A stretch of 64,000 nucleotides of DNA, from NCBI GenBank assembly GCA_038087875.1, contig CM075988.1, forward strand, positions 17,548,001 through 17,612,000, read 5' to 3'. The number at the start of each line of letters is the position of its first letter. Position 1 is the stretch's first letter. A program made the translations under genes and the position numbers. Under the pieces are notes generated by a model, which saw only the letters and a list, made by a program, of their open reading frames with translations, did not search any database and was not told the origin of the DNA. Positions 1 through 13,775 of the stretch are shown here, in pieces. The stretch comes from Malacoraja senta (lineage: Eukaryota).

Positions 1-589
1 CGATGGTGCAGAGGTAGAAGTTCACCAGAATCTGAGGAGACAGATGGACCTTCTTTAGTCTCCTCAGGAAGAAGAGACGCTGGTGAGCCTTCTTGACCAG
101 TGCAGAACAAGTGTGAGTGGCTACTTATTACACTGGGTCTGTGCATTATAAAGGTCACAGCTTGTAGGCACAGATGAAGTATTGCAAATGGAGTGCATGC
201 CGTGCAATTGCCAGCAAGTATCCTACTTCTGATCTTACGATGTGGTCAAGGTGACTGATACAGCAGGAGAATTGGAGTGCGTAGAAGTCTAATCAGAGAT
301 TGCAATTATAAAGAGAGCATAGATAAATGTAATGAAGTGATTACTTAAACAAGACATTGAAGGCATCTTTATAACTATGGAACAATGCCCAGAAAGAATC
401 ACCATCATCAGGAGAGGAATTCTAAGAAACTGAAGCAAATTAACGTAATGGTGGCTGCACTGAAGCGATTCTTGACGTCATTGATACAGCGCGCATAACA
501 TTGATAAAAATTAATTTAATTTCATGGTCCACGTTAGAAATAGATTTGCAATCCGCAGGACAAGGGAATGAAGCCAGTGATCAGATGCT

Positions 590-787
590 TTTGCGTAGGA
601 AGGAATTGCAGATGCCGGTTTATACCGACGATAGATACAAAACGCTGGAGTAACTCAGCGGGACAGGCAGCATCTCTGGGGAGAAGGAATAGGTGACGTT
701 TCGAATCGAGCCCCGAAGTGTCACCTATTCCTTTTCTCCAGAGATGCTGCCTGACCCGCTGAGTTACTCCAGCATTTTGTGTCTATC
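590..787. mobile_element. Fold-back (inverted) insertion of the short Penelope-LTR-like repeat, with 10-bp TSD ATCAGATGCT
   Basis: Left arm (~630-700) is the reverse complement of right arm (~718-787). ATCAGATGCT occurs at 580-589 and 788-797. Confidence 0.7.
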
Positions 788-1122
788 ATCAGATGCTGTT
801 CACAGATGTGACAATCTCAACAATGGAGGCAACTGTGGATAAAACTAAACTTTGGGCTAAAATACAAATAAAGCATATGCAATAATGGCTAATAATAAAC
901 ACATTCGTAAGGTTCCAAGAAAAATGCATTCGGCTTCACCAGATATACATTATTTAAATTGAAACCTGAATAGCCAAAGGCATTTGAGAACCTCTGCAGA
1001 TGATTTAATGTCATTAATCTATGATATTGCAATGAATCACACTTTGGTGCTGGGAAGGTACTGATGTCAGTCGGCACCTAAGGTATGTCTGTCCATGTGC
1101 TGCAGAGAAAGAGGTGGCTGTG

Positions 1123-1960
1123 AGAACATAGAAACATAGAAAGTAGGTGCGAGAGTAGATCACCAGGCCCATCGAGCCCGCACCGCCATTCGCTCATGGC
1201 TGAACACTAAACAGACACCCTTACCCACAAACAGTAGACACAAGACACAGAACACAAGACACTACCCTCCCCTTTATATCGCTATCACCCCTCTCCACCC
1301 CAAGAACCGCGTGATCTCCTGGGGGAGGCAAAAAAACGGATAAAAACCCAGGTCCAATTCGGGGAAAAAATCCGGGAAATTCCTCTCCGACCCCAATCCA
1401 GGCGATCGACACTTGTCCAGGAGATCACTCAGGTCTTACTATACTAACCATACCTAGGTCCATATCCCTGCCCTCTCCCCGTAGCCCCTTATCCCCTTGG
1501 CAGCTAAAAAACCATCTATTTTAGACTTAAATATATTTAATGTTTCTGCTTCCACTGCTCCCTGGGGCAGTGAATTCCATAAATTAACCACCCTCTGGGT
1601 GAAGAAGTTCTTCCTCATCTCAGTTTTAAAAGAGCCCCCTCTTATTCTACAACTATGTCCCCTAGTTCTAGTTTCCCCGATCATTGGGAACATCCTCGGT
1701 GCATCCACCCGATCAAGGCCCCTCACGATCTTATATGTTTCAATGAGATCGCCTCTCATTCTTCTAAACTCCAAAGAGTAGAGTTCCAGCCTACTTAACC
1801 TTTCCTCATATGTCAATCCCCTCATTGCAGGAATTAATCTTGTAAACCTTCGCTGCACTGCCTCCAGGGCCAGTACATCCTTTCTTAAGTATGGACCCCA
1901 GAACTGTACACAGTATTCCAAATGTGGTCTCACTAATACTGTGTACAGCTGCAGCAAGAA
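1123..1960 (-). mobile_element. 5'-truncated CR1-type LINE (ORF2 C-terminus, 3'UTR, (TTCTATGT)n-type tail)
   Basis: ORF 1454..1957 has the CR1 C-terminal motifs LVRPHLEYCVQFW, LEAVQRRFTRLIP, RRMRGDLIETYKI. Tail repeat catagaaacatagaaa at ~1126-1142. Confidence 0.9.
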
Positions 1961-2464
1961 CCTATCTCTTCTTCCATTCCAACCACTCGGATAAATGGAC
2001 TGGATATGGATGTGAAGACGTGGCTCATCACCTTGGCTTGGGGGTAGGGTAGCACCAATCCAAAGGTCCGTTTTTCAGTGGAAGATTAGAAAAAGACTCC
2101 AATTGATATGGTAACTTTCATAATCCCCACAATGTCCTTAACTAGTCAATAAATTACTTTTCAGATGGGATTAATGTTAAAGAGTCATCCAGCACAGAAG
2201 CAGGCCCTTCCATCAACTATATTCATGCTAGACAATACAAATCTACTTTAATCCCATTTCCCAGCACTTGGCCACTGCATTTCAAAGGCTCATCTAAATA
2301 TTAAATGTTACAACAATACCGGTTTGCACCAACTCCTCAGACAATAAATTCCATTTTAACCGTCCACTTTATGAAACAAATTATTTGTCAAATCTCCTCA
2401 GAATCTCCTACATGACCAGATGGTCATGGACTCTTCTGCTAAGGGGAAAAGTGTCAAACCATAT

Positions 2465-2920
2465 TTCATAAGGTCATAAGTGATAGGAGCAGAATTAGGA
2501 CATTCGGACCATCAAGTCTACTCCGCCATTCATTCATGGCTGATCTATCTCTCCCTCCTAACCCCCTCATCCACCTGTGCTCCACGGAATACTGTCCTAG
2601 CCTGCTCAACATCTCCTTGTAGATCTGGCCCTCAAGTCCTGGCAACATCCTCGTAAATCTTCTCTGAACCCTTTCCAGCTTAACAACATCTTTCCTATAG
2701 CAAGGTGACCAAAACTGAACGCAATGCTCCAAATGTGGTCTCATCGATGTCTTGTACAACTTTAACATAACTTCCCCATTTCTCTACTCGATCCTGACTG
2801 GTGGCCAATGTGCTGAAAGCCTTCTTGACCACCCTATCTACTTGTGATGCCACTTTCAAGGAACTATGTACCTGCACTCCTAGATCCCTCTGCTCTACAA
2901 TCCTCCCCAGAGCCCTACCA
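2465..2920 (-). mobile_element. Degenerate CR1 LINE 3' fragment
   Basis: ORFs 2466..2768 and 2695..2877 show CR1 motifs (RPHLEHCVQFWSP, LERVQRRFTRMLPGL) with frameshifts. Confidence 0.8.
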
Positions 2921-3409
2921 GTTAAAACTGGGAAGCGTTTTCATTTCTTCTCACATAGGGTGGTGAATCTTTAATTCACTATCCTGGAGTGTTCTGGAGG
3001 TGAAATCACAGAAGGTAGATAACATTTCTGAATGATCTGTGAATTGGGACAGACACAGAGGAGAAATTGAGGCCTGGGGCAGATCAGCCATGATCACAGG
3101 CATGGTGGGACACTCTTGAAGGGCCGGGTGGCCTCCTTCTGCTCCCATTCGGAGAGGAATAGTGGCGAACACTGCCCAGTCCATCACGGGTACTGACCTT
3201 CCCACCATCGAAGGGATCTATTGGAGGTGCAGCCTCAAAAAGGCAGCCAGCTTCATCAGGGCCCCACACCACCCTGGCCACACTCATTTCACTCCTGCCA
3301 TCGGAAAGATATAGGAGCCTGAAACCATAACATACAAGTTCAGGAGCAGGTTCTTCCCAACACCCATCAGACTATTGGACACGAGGAAGTCCAACTAAAC
3401 CCAGAAATA

Positions 3410-4985
3410 CTAGGGTACCGTGGATCTAGTGTGTGGAAGGAACTGAAGGAAATTCACATTAGTTAGGAAATGGTGTTGGGTAAACTGTTGGGACTGAAGG
3501 CAGATACAATAAATCCCCAGGGCCTGATGGTCTGCATCCCAGAGTACTCAAGGAAGTGGCCCCAGAAATCGTGGATGCATTGGTGATCATTTTCCAATGT
3601 TCTATAGACTCTGGATCAGTTTGTGTGGACTGGAGAGTAGCTAATGTAACCCCACTTTTTAAGCAAGGAGGGAGAGAGAAAACAAGGATTTATAGACCAG
3701 TTAGCCTGACATCGGTCATGGGGAAGATGCTTGAGTCGATCATTAAAGATTTAAAAGCAGCGCATTTGGAAAGCAGTGACAGGATCGGTGAAAGTCAGCA
3801 TGGATTTATGAAGGGGAAATCATGCTTGACTAATCTTCTGGATTTTTTTGAGGATGTAACAAGTAGAATGGATAAGGGAGAGCCAGTGAATGTGGTGTAT
3901 CTGGACTTTCAAAAAGCCTTTGACAAGGTCCCACACAAGAGAATAGTGTGCAAAATTAGAGCACATGATATTGAGGGTACGGTATTGACATGGATAGAGA
4001 ACTGGTTGGCAGACAGGAAGCAAATTCCTTTTCAGAATGGCAGACAGTGACTAGTGGGGTGCCACAAGGCTCAGTGCTGGGTCCCCAGTTATTTACAATA
4101 TGTATTAACGATTTAGATAAAGGAATTAAATGTAACACCTCCAAGTTTGTAGATGACATAAAGCTGGCTAGCAGTGTGAGCTGCGAGGAGGCTGCAGGGT
4201 GACTTGAATATGTTGGGTTAGTGGGCGGATGCATGACAGGTGTAGTATAATGTTGATAAATGTGAGGTTGTCCACTTTGTTGGCAAGAACAAGAAGACAG
4301 ATTATTATCTGAATGGTGTTAGATTAGGAAAAGGGGAGTTGCAATGAGACCTGGGTGTCCTTGGCCTTCATGGCAAGAGGATTTGAGGAGCAAGGAGGTC
4401 CTACTGCAGTTGTACAGGGCCCTGGAGAGAACGCAGCTGGAGTCATGTGTGCAGCTTTGGTCTCCTAGTTTGAAGAAGGACATTCTTGCTATTGAGGGAG
4501 TTCAGCGTAGGTTCACCAGGTTAATTCCCGGGATGGCGGGACTGACATATGATGAAAGAATGATCAACTGGGCTTATATTCACTGGGAATTTAGGATTAG
4601 TGGGGGTCTTATAGAAACATTACATTATTAAGGGATTGGACAGGCAAGATGCAGGAAAAATGTTCTCGATGTTGGGGGAGGCCAGAACCAGGGGTGACAG
4701 TTTAAGAATAAGGGGTAGGTCATTTAGGACTGAGATGAGATTTTTCACCCAGAGCATTGTGAATCGGTGAAATGCCACAGAAGGCAGTGGAGGCCAATTC
4801 ACTGGATGTATTCAAGAGAGAGATGGATGTGGCTCTTAGTGCTAACAGAATCAAGGGATATGGGGAGAAGGCAGGTACGGAATACTGATTCTGGATGATC
4901 AGCCATGATCAAATTGATTGGTGGTGCTGGCTCGAAGGGCCGAGTCGGCTACTCCTGCGCCTATTTTCTATGGTTCTATGCTTCT
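3410..4985 (+). mobile_element. Frameshifted CR1 LINE ORF2 (RT domain) and 3' end
   Basis: Consecutive ORF pieces: YRPVSLTS, QHGFMKGKSCLTNL, VYLDFQKAFDKVPH, SGVPQGSVLGP, KFVDD, then CR1 3'UTR. Confidence 0.9.
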
Positions 4986-5024
4986 AAACTCCTACCTATG
5001 AACTATGCATGTGTAGCATACAAT

Positions 5025-5395
5025 CCAGTGGTATGAATATTGATTTATCTAATTTCAAGTAACCCTTGCATCCCCTCTTTTTCCAACCCCCCCCCCACCC
5101 CCACACACGCACACCCTAGTCATTCTGCTAGTTTCACTGTTCATAATCCCTCGTTAACACCTCCTCCACGGCCAACAATGGACCATGGTGGGCTCTTTGA
5201 CCACCGGTGCCGGCTGATTTGTTCTGTACCTCTTCATTCCTCTAGTTTCCCTCTTCCCTGACTCTGTCTGAAGAAGGGTCTCGACCCAAAACGTCACCTA
5301 TTCCTTTTCTCCACAGATGCTGCCTGACCCGCTGAGTTACTCCAGCAATTTGTATCTACCTTCGGTGTAAACCAGCATCTGCATTTCCTTCCTAA
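5025..5395 (+). mobile_element. Penelope-like element 3' end / pseudo-LTR with mutated hammerhead core
   Basis: Shares atgaatattgattt..ctaa..ttcaagtaacccttgcatccc with the end of the GIY-YIG element at ~33050-33100. CTGAAGA..GACCC-AAAACGTC at 5268-5295 (GAAA changed to AAAA). Confidence 0.7.
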
Positions 5396-8300
5396 ATATA
5401 AACTGCCTTGATTGCACTAGGGATGTGGAGCTTTGTTTTTGTCTTTGCACTATATTGTTTGTTTTTATATGTTGAACTTCTTTTTGATGTGTATTAGGGT
5501 GTCTACTGAGTATTATGTTTACATATCTGTTGCGCTGCTGTAAATAAGAATTTCATGGTTCCATTTTGGGGCATCTGACAATAAAGCATTCTTGTGTAGG
5601 AAGGAACTGCAGATGCTGGTTTACACCGAAGATAGACACAAAATGCTAGAGTAACTCAGCAGGACAGACAGCATCTCTGGAGAGAGGGAATGGGTGACGT
5701 TTCGTGTGGAGACCCTTCTTAAGACTGAGGGTCAGGGAAGAGGGAATCTAGAGGTATGAAAAGGTGCAGAACAAATCAGAGCCGGCACTGATGGCCAAAG
5801 AGCCCACAATGGTCCATTGTTGGCTGTGGAGGAGGTGATCAGACTTAAACACGCTTGACTCTCTTGACTATTATCTTGCGTGCATGCTAATGAAAAGGCT
5901 CTAGATTATTGTAGCCAAGTGGAGTGTGGAAACATTGCACGCAGAGTAATTGTATAAGATTAAAAAATACTCGGAGATTTGGACAAAGGCAGCTGGAGAT
6001 GCCACCGTGTTTAAGAAGGAACTGCAGATGCTGGAAAATCGGAGGTAGACAAAAATACTGGAGAAACTCCGCGGGTGTGGCAGCATCTATGGAGCGAAGG
6101 AAATAGGCAACGTTTCAGGTCGAGACCCTTCTTCAGAGTCTGAGTTTCTCCAGCAATTTTTGTTTTCAGGAGATATGGTCGTGTTTGGCTTTGAGACTGA
6201 GCTCCCAGCGTCTGATGCGCCCACTAGCGCAGTTTTGGTAACCGCTGCAGCGCAAGGGTTACTCTCGGTCAAAATACTCCGCGGTTACTCCCGGTCACAG
6301 GCTGTTACCTGCCTCCAACCTGTAATGGCCCGCGGGAACCAGCTGAATAAAACCAGGATTTAGCAAAAATAAAACACGGATATACCGATACAATTCCATT
6401 CGCACCATAATAGCTGAAATATGGAACAATTTAACGAGGATACTGTGTGTTTACATATTCTGTTGTGTTGCTGCAACGTAAAATAATCTCATTGTTCCAT
6501 CTGGGGCATATGACAATAAAACACTCTGGACTCTCTTGACACAACCTATAATATTTATATTTTTATTGTACACTATCTCCATTTCAATGTGCATGCGTGT
6601 TCTCAATACATTGTCCCAAATATAAACAAAACCTAATTCGGCTGGACATTTTCGAATTTAATATTCATTTCAGAATATATTGCATTTTTTTACGGGGACG
6701 TGCAATATTTAAATGTGCAATATTTTCTTCGTAGGTGTATTAATTAAATAAAAAAAACATTTACTGCACCTTTCTATTCGGCGACAATGCAGAGATGAAA
6801 CACGAAGATGCCATAGCGCACATGCAGATCTGTCTCCTATTCCTGTTGCAGTCGCTTGGGGGGTTTTGAGATGGAGAAGGTTTGTTTATCAACCCCTATT
6901 CTATTTATTGTTACCGTCCCAGAGTTTTGAGGCAAGCGGACAAGTGAACAGGCTGCGGCTTGTGTCTTGTGTCTTCAATGGGGGGAGAATTACAGGATAC
7001 TGCCTTCCTCTCTTGCCTCTTTACAGGTGCACCGTTTCCTATTGTTCCTCTGGGAAGGAAGGCGTCGACTCTCGCTGAGTTTACAGTCCGCAGCTCTCGG
7101 CTGCAGCTTCAGCGCTGGCTATTTGACTATATATTGTCACTCCTCTCCGGGTACATCCTCTGCAAGCGGCTGCTGTGTGCAGTGAGCAAGATCGCCTCCA
7201 GAACACGGATGTGGTGGCAAAGTGTTGCTACGTTAATAATGTGGAGTGGAAGAAATACAACAAAGCGCTGGAGGAACTCAGCGGGTCGGGCAGCATCTGT
7301 GGAGGGGAATGGTCAGAGCATGTGTCGGGTCAGGAGCCATCTGCAGAGAGAAGAGTCCCATAGTTTGGGACTGGGGCCAGAATAAGACTGAACGGCCACT
7401 TTATACAAAGCCAAGTCACTTCAAATGATCTTCATTACCAAGAAGGATATATTTTCATCCAGAGTTGTAAATCTGTGGAATTCTCTGCCACAGAAGGCAG
7501 TGGAGGTCAATTCATTGGATATTTTCAAGAGAGAGTTCGATTTAGCTCTCAGGGCTAAATGAATCAAGGTATATGGGGGGAAAAGCAGGAATGGGATACT
7601 GATTTGGGATGATCAGCCATGATCATATTGAATGGTGGTGCTGGCTCGAAGGGCCGAATGGCCTACTCCTGCAACTATTTTCTATGTTTCTACCTAATAA
7701 TATGGAGCTTTGTATTTACAACCTATAGAGAATGTGAGTTATAAAGCCATACAGCACACAAACAGGCCCTTCGGCCCAACTTGCCCATGCCCATCAAGAT
7801 GCCCCATCTACGCTAGTCCCACTTGCCCGTGTTGGCCTCTAAACCTTTCCTATCCATATACCTGTTCAAACGTAACGACTGCATTTCAAGAAATCAAATA
7901 GGCAAATAAAATAAAACTGGCAAATGTAAGAGTGACTTTAAAGGTCTTTTTGTGATATAAACCCAGTAATTAAACAAGAAACCCACCTTACCTGTTCTGG
8001 TCTATGCATTTCTTAAATCCTACAAGAGTATTGTTGACGACTTTCCCTCTAAAGTGACCCTGCAAGTGATTTCATTGCATCCAGTTCATCATTTCAAGAT
8101 TATTTTCCATAAATAAACTTTATCCATGGAAAATGCACAATCCCAAAACAGTACATGTCTTTCATTATATACATATCATTGTCATGTCTATGCATTCACG
8201 ATGTTGTCAAGTCAATATATCTAGTCAATATAGTACAGGTGCCATCAAGTTCATACATCCTGTGTACAAAACACCAACCTGGATAGGCAATGCAATGCAG

Positions 8301-10282
8301 ACTGGACTTTGAAAGAGATATTAGAAATGGTGCTACTGTTTGTAGGTTTAAACAGACCAGAGCTATCCCTTCTCACAAAGTTGTGCATTTGGATCAGCTA
8401 CCAGCTCCCCAGCTTCCTCACCACATTGGAGTGGTCGCTAGAGTTTGTGTGCCGGGATCATAGAGAAACCTCCGAAGTGTAGGAGGGAAGGAAATACATT
8501 CAAGAGAGTCAAGAATCGAGAACGTTTAATTGTCCTATGTACCCGCTGGAGTTTAGATGGATGAGGGGGAATCTCATTGAAACCAAGCAGATCATGAGAG
8601 GCCTAGATAGAGTGGACGTGAAAAGGATGTTGCCAGTAATGAGAGAGTCTAGAACTGGAGGATTCAGCCTTGGAATAAAAGGAGGTACCTTTAGAATGGA
8701 GATGAGGAGGAATTTATTTAACTAGTGGATGGAATTCATTACCACAAATGGCTGTGGAAGCTAAGACATTGGGTATTTTTAAAGTGGAGATTGATAAGTT
8801 CTTGATTAGTAAGGGCAACAAAGGTTACGTGGAGAAAGCCGGTGAATTGGGTGAAAAATACATCAACCATAATCAAATGGCCAAGTAGATTCGATGGGCT
8901 GAATGGCCTAATGCTGCTCCTATGTCTTACGGTCTTATTTGCTACAACCTATTAATAATAACCACATATAAATATACAATAATCAATAGTGCAATCAATT
9001 AATAATCAGTAATCCTAGGTAACCCGACCATAATCGTACAAAACCAAAGTCCGTCAGGCAATCAAAACAAAGTCCATAGTAGATCATAGTTGCCGAGGTA
9101 GTAGTTAGTGTTGTGCAGTGTTCAAGACCCTCATGGTTGCTGGAAAGAAGCTGTTTTTTAACCTGTTTTCAAGCTCCTGAACCTTCTTCCCAAAGGTGGC
9201 CTGGGTGGCATGGGTCCTAGATGATCTTAGCTGCAGATCACTTCAATGGAGGGAAGGTCAGTAGCAATGATGGTCCGGACAATGTCTACCACTTCCAACA
9301 GCCTCCTTCATTCCTTTGTAAAATATGCAACTTCCACCACTTTACTGTAGGTGGTTAACTACATGTGAGATTTTTTTTAACACAACCATTAATTCAACAA
9401 TGGCAATACTTAAATCACATTGTTATTCCCTTTCCCTACTTGCAAATGTGATGAACTGTCGTCATGCTGCTGATGAGGGTACTCCCACTATGTTGTTGGA
9501 TAGGGAGAGAATATCAAAGAACAGCGATACGTTTCGAAGAGTGACATTCTCCTTGAGACCCTCTCAGTAAAATCCCCCAAACTCCAAGTACAGCACAAGA
9601 TAGACACAAAATGCTGGAGCAACTCAGCGGGGCAGGCAGCATCACTGGAGAGAAGGAATGAGTGACATTTCGGATCGAGACCCTTCTTCAGACTGGTACA
9701 GCAAGTTTTTTATACTCTTAAGACCAAAGAAACAGGGTGAGGCAGGCAAGAGACTGTGTATCTCACCAGCTGACAGATAAATTACTTAAAGTGGCATCTG
9801 ATGCTGCTGAATAAGAAAATGCGTGAATGGAGTTGGTGGGGGGGGGGGGGGATTTTGATTTAGTTCATGTGAAAGAGCATCCACGTGTTTGCCTAGGTGT
9901 TTCTGCTTTGAAAGTCTTTTAAGAAGTATGTACGTCTGTGTATGTATTATATCAGTCACTATGTGTAAGAAGGAACTGCAGGTAGTGGTTTACACCAAAG
10001 ATAGACATAAAAAGCTGGAGTACCTCAACGGGTTAGGCAGCATCTCTGTAGAAATGGAATAAGTGACGTTTCGTGTGGAGACCCTTCTTCAGTCTGAAAT
10101 GTCACCTATTCCTTTTCTCCAGAGATGCTGCCTGACTCGTTGAGATACTCCAGTTTTTTATGTCTAAACCAGATTAACTGCTGGGTTAACATCACATGGT
10201 TCTGCGAGAAGACCTCATGTATAGGAAACTGGTGACCTCTGGTGGAAAAATAATGCATAGCAGAACTGCACCTTTGATTAGT

Positions 10283-10310
10283 CTGAAGAAGGGTCTTGAC
10301 CCGAAACGTC
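10283..10310 (+). ncRNA. Minimal type-I hammerhead ribozyme core in Penelope-LTR-like repeat
   Basis: CTGAAGA-A-GGGTC-TT-GACCC-GAAA-CGTC: CUGANGA box, stem II, GAAA box, palindromic ACGU, GUC triplet. Confidence 0.6.
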
Positions 10311-10467
10311 ATGCATTCATTCTCTCCAGAGTTGCTGCCCGTCCCGCTGATTTACTCCAGCTTTTTTTGTCTATCTTCACCTTTGATTATTTGTGTCTAC
10401 CCGAATTTGTGCTACTCGTTGAATATGAGCAATCTGAGCACCCATTCAAAGAACAGAGGTGATTAGG

Positions 10468-11035
10468 GGACCACACCTGGAATATTGTGTGCAATTTTTG
10501 TCCCCTAATTTGAGGAAGGACATTCTTGCTATTGAGGGAGTGCAGCGTAGGTTTACAAGGTTAATTCCCGGGATGGCGGGACTGTCATATGCTGAGAGAA
10601 TGGAGCGGCTGGGCTTGTACACTCTGGAGTTTAGAAGGATGAGAGGGAATCTTATTGAAACATTTAAGATTGTTAAGGGTTTGGACACGCTAGAGGCAGG
10701 AAACATGTTCCCGATGTTGGGGGAGTCCAGAACCAGGGGCCACAGTTTAAGAATCAGGGGTAAGCCATTTAGAACGGAGACGAGAAAACACTTTTTCTCA
10801 CAGAGAGTTGTGAGTCTGTGGAATTCTCTGCCTCAGAGGGCGGTGGAGGCAGGTTCTCTGGATACTTTCAAGAGAGAGCTAGATAGGGCTCTTAAAGATA
10901 GCGGAGTCTGGGGATATGGGGAGAAGGCAGGAACAGGGTACTGATTGGGGATGATCAGCCATGATCACATTGAAAGGCGGTGCTGGCTCGAAGGGCCGAA
11001 TGGCCTACTCCTGCACCTATTGTCTATTGTCTATT
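10468..11035 (+). mobile_element. Young 5'-truncated CR1 LINE 3' end
   Basis: Uninterrupted ORF 10459..10944 with CR1 C-terminal motifs; (CTATTGT)n tail at ~11017-11035. Confidence 0.9.
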
Positions 11036-12224
11036 ATCTAAATTGTGAGGGGGGTTTGATGGAGAGAATAGTCAGTAACCAAAAGACACAGATTTAAAGT
11101 ATTTTTCAAGGAAACCAGAAGAAAAGTGATACTTTTACAGACCTGGCTGTTATAATCTAGAAACACTGCTTGAAAGGGAGATAACGATTCAATAATACCT
11201 TTGAAGAAGGAGTGGGTTTATATGATAGTTTAAAAAAAAAAACTTTATGAGGTTCTGGAAAAACGCAAGTTATAGGAATGGGTAGATCTTACCAACGTAT
11301 CACGAGCATAATGGGCTCAATTCTAAATTCCTATTCCATGAATCAATAAAGTCTCCTTTCTTTATTGATTTTGAGGGCATGTTGTAAGATGAATGGACTC
11401 ATACTGTATGTGGAGTCTACAATCGGTAAGTAAGTAATCGCACAGGGACAACGTTGCAGTGGATTGTTCAATGGGGTTTTTTCAACCATGCTTCAAAATG
11501 ATACATTATTTGAAGCTATACTTTGTTGCAGAGATCTCGACCTCATTGGAGTTGCAGAATTATTTTATTTTGTTTAAAATTGTTCTATAGATTTTTTAAA
11601 AATAGATTGACAGATTCTTGATTAGCACGGGTGTCAGGGGTTATGGGGAGAAGGCAGGAGAATGGGGTTGAGAGGGAAGGATGGATCAGCCATGACTGAA
11701 TGATGGTGTGGACTTGATGGGCGGAATGGCCTAATTCTGCTCCTATAACTTATGAACTTATGAACCTGAAGCGAGTGGCTCACCTCCGAGCCTTTCCACA
11801 GTCAATAAGGTGAAAATCAGACGTGTGACAGACTATCCCCCACCTACCTGGATGAGTGCAGAATAAACAACACTCAAAAAACTCAACACCATCCAGGGCA
11901 AAGCAGCCACTTGATTAGCACTACCCCAGGTATAGGAGCATTTCATCACTAGCCTACCATGGGTACAATGTGTGCCATCCACAATATGCACCCCGACAAC
12001 CTACCAAGAATCCTCTACAACAGCTCCTAAACTTGTGAACTCTACCGTCTAAAAGGGCAAAGGTTGCAGGGGTATGGGAATGTAAGCATCCCAGTTCCCC
12101 TCCACTGCACACCATCCTGACTCGGAGATGTTGTATATCATCCCCACTGCTTGATCAAAATCTTGGAACTCCTGGAAACACCTTTCCCAACTCACTTTGA
12201 GAATTCACTCCCAAGATGAACTAT

Positions 12225-12620
12225 AATGAGGGGGCACCTCATTTAAATGTACAGAATAGTGAAAGACTTGGATAGAGTGGACGCGGAGAGGATGTTTCCA
12301 CTAGTGCGAGAGTCTAGGACTAGAGGTTACGGCCTCAGAATTAAAGTATGTTCTTTTAGGAAGGAGATGAGGAGGAATTTCTTTAGTCAGAGGATGGTGA
12401 ATCTGTGGAATTCTCTGCCACAGAAGGCTGTGGAGGCCAAGGCAATGAATATTTCGAAGGCAGTGACAGATAGATTCTTGACTAGTACAGGTGTTAGGGT
12501 TATGGGGAGAAAGCAGGAGAATGGGGTTAGGAGGAAGAGATAGATCAGCCATGATTGAATGGCGGAGTAGACTTGATGGGCCGAATGGCCTAATTCTGCT
12601 CCTATCACCTATGGCCTTAT
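12225..12620 (+). mobile_element. CR1 LINE 3' fragment
   Basis: ORF 12247..12543 (LDRVDAERMFPLV..RNFFSQRMVNLWNSLP) followed by CR1 3'UTR. Confidence 0.8.
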
Positions 12621-13453
12621 GATCATATAACAGTAGAAGCCAGCTCAACACCCCGTTCACAAGCAGAGTTAGAATCGGCCAATAAATGTTGGTCTTGCCA
12701 GTGATGTTTACATGCCAACAAATATACATTTTGACCTTCTAATTTCTGCTTCCTGCACTGAATCTTCTCTTTATGTAGCTTCTCAAAATAAATGCTATAA
12801 TTAGAATGTGAGTATGTTCAGGCGAAGAACTGATATCAATGATCTATTGAATATGAACAATATTAATCAGCGCTCAGAAGGAAATTTGATGACAGCGTCG
12901 AGTCATGTAAGTGAGGTATCTGTGACAGGAAAACGGGCACTCACAATGGAAGTGAGTAATGGAGAGGAGGAACTGAGGGAGACAGGGAAGGTCAGGGAGC
13001 AGGCAATGGAAGACTACAGGTAAGGACCACCAGAAATAGGAGAGCAATAATGGAGAAAGGAAGACCTCGACACTATCTGAAGCCATCTTCCGGCACAACA
13101 GGAAAGAAAATAAAAGAACAATTATCAATTAACATAAATAAATAAGGAAGAGTTAAGATAAAGTAACAGGAAGCACGTTCTTTTTAATGGTGAAACTAAT
13201 TATCAAAAATGCCCATATCTAATTGTTGAAAAGAACAGAGAAGGAGGAATCGAGTAGTCAGCGATAGAACAAAACCGTAATGAGAAAACGGTAATTAGTC
13301 TTTGGGCAAGTCCTTGTGCTGTGTTGCCAACTAATGGAAAACAAATCTCACACTTTACCTTTCTAGTTTAGGAAATCTCTTTTAGTTCACCACTTACCCA
13401 TGTCGCCTCTCATGCCAAAGCCACTCCAGCTTCTTATTTTTCTGCTGGTGACA

Positions 13454-13775
13454 GGGCGGCACAGTGACGCAGCTGGTAGAGCTGCTGCCCCACAGCGCTA
13501 GAGACCTGGGTTTGACCCTGACCTCGAGTGCTGTCCTTTTGCACTTTCTCCCTGTTTCCTTTGGGTGCTCTGGTTTCCTCTGGATGCTCTGGTTTCCTCC
13601 CACATCCCAATGACGTGTGGGTTTGTAGGTTAATTGGCCTCTGTTAATTGCCCCTTGGGCGATGGGGAATGCATACGAAAGTGGGATAACACAGAATGAG
13701 TGTTACCAGGTGATTGATAGTTGGCGTGGACTCAGTGAGCTGAAGGGCCTGTTTCCATGCTGTATCTTTCAATCA
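13454..13775 (+). mobile_element. tRNA-derived V-SINE (HE1/MER6-like)
   Basis: tRNA-like head gggcggcacagtgacgcagctggtagagc with B-box-like ggtttgaccc, V-core gggtgctctggtttcctcccacatccc, CR1-like tail gggcctgtttccatgctgtat. Confidence 0.7.

Noticed and set aside
473..480. Perfect CRE palindrome TGACGTCA
   Set aside because: A single 8-mer is expected by chance in 64 kb and there is no linked gene evidence.
12808..13025. 71-aa ORF ending near a donor-like CAG|GTAAG
   Set aside because: No clear acceptor, partner exon or recognisable domain; purine-rich composition can explain it.
13454..13530. tRNA genes at SINE heads
   Set aside because: A/B-box-like heads are fused to the V-SINE core and a LINE-like tail; no full cloverleaf.
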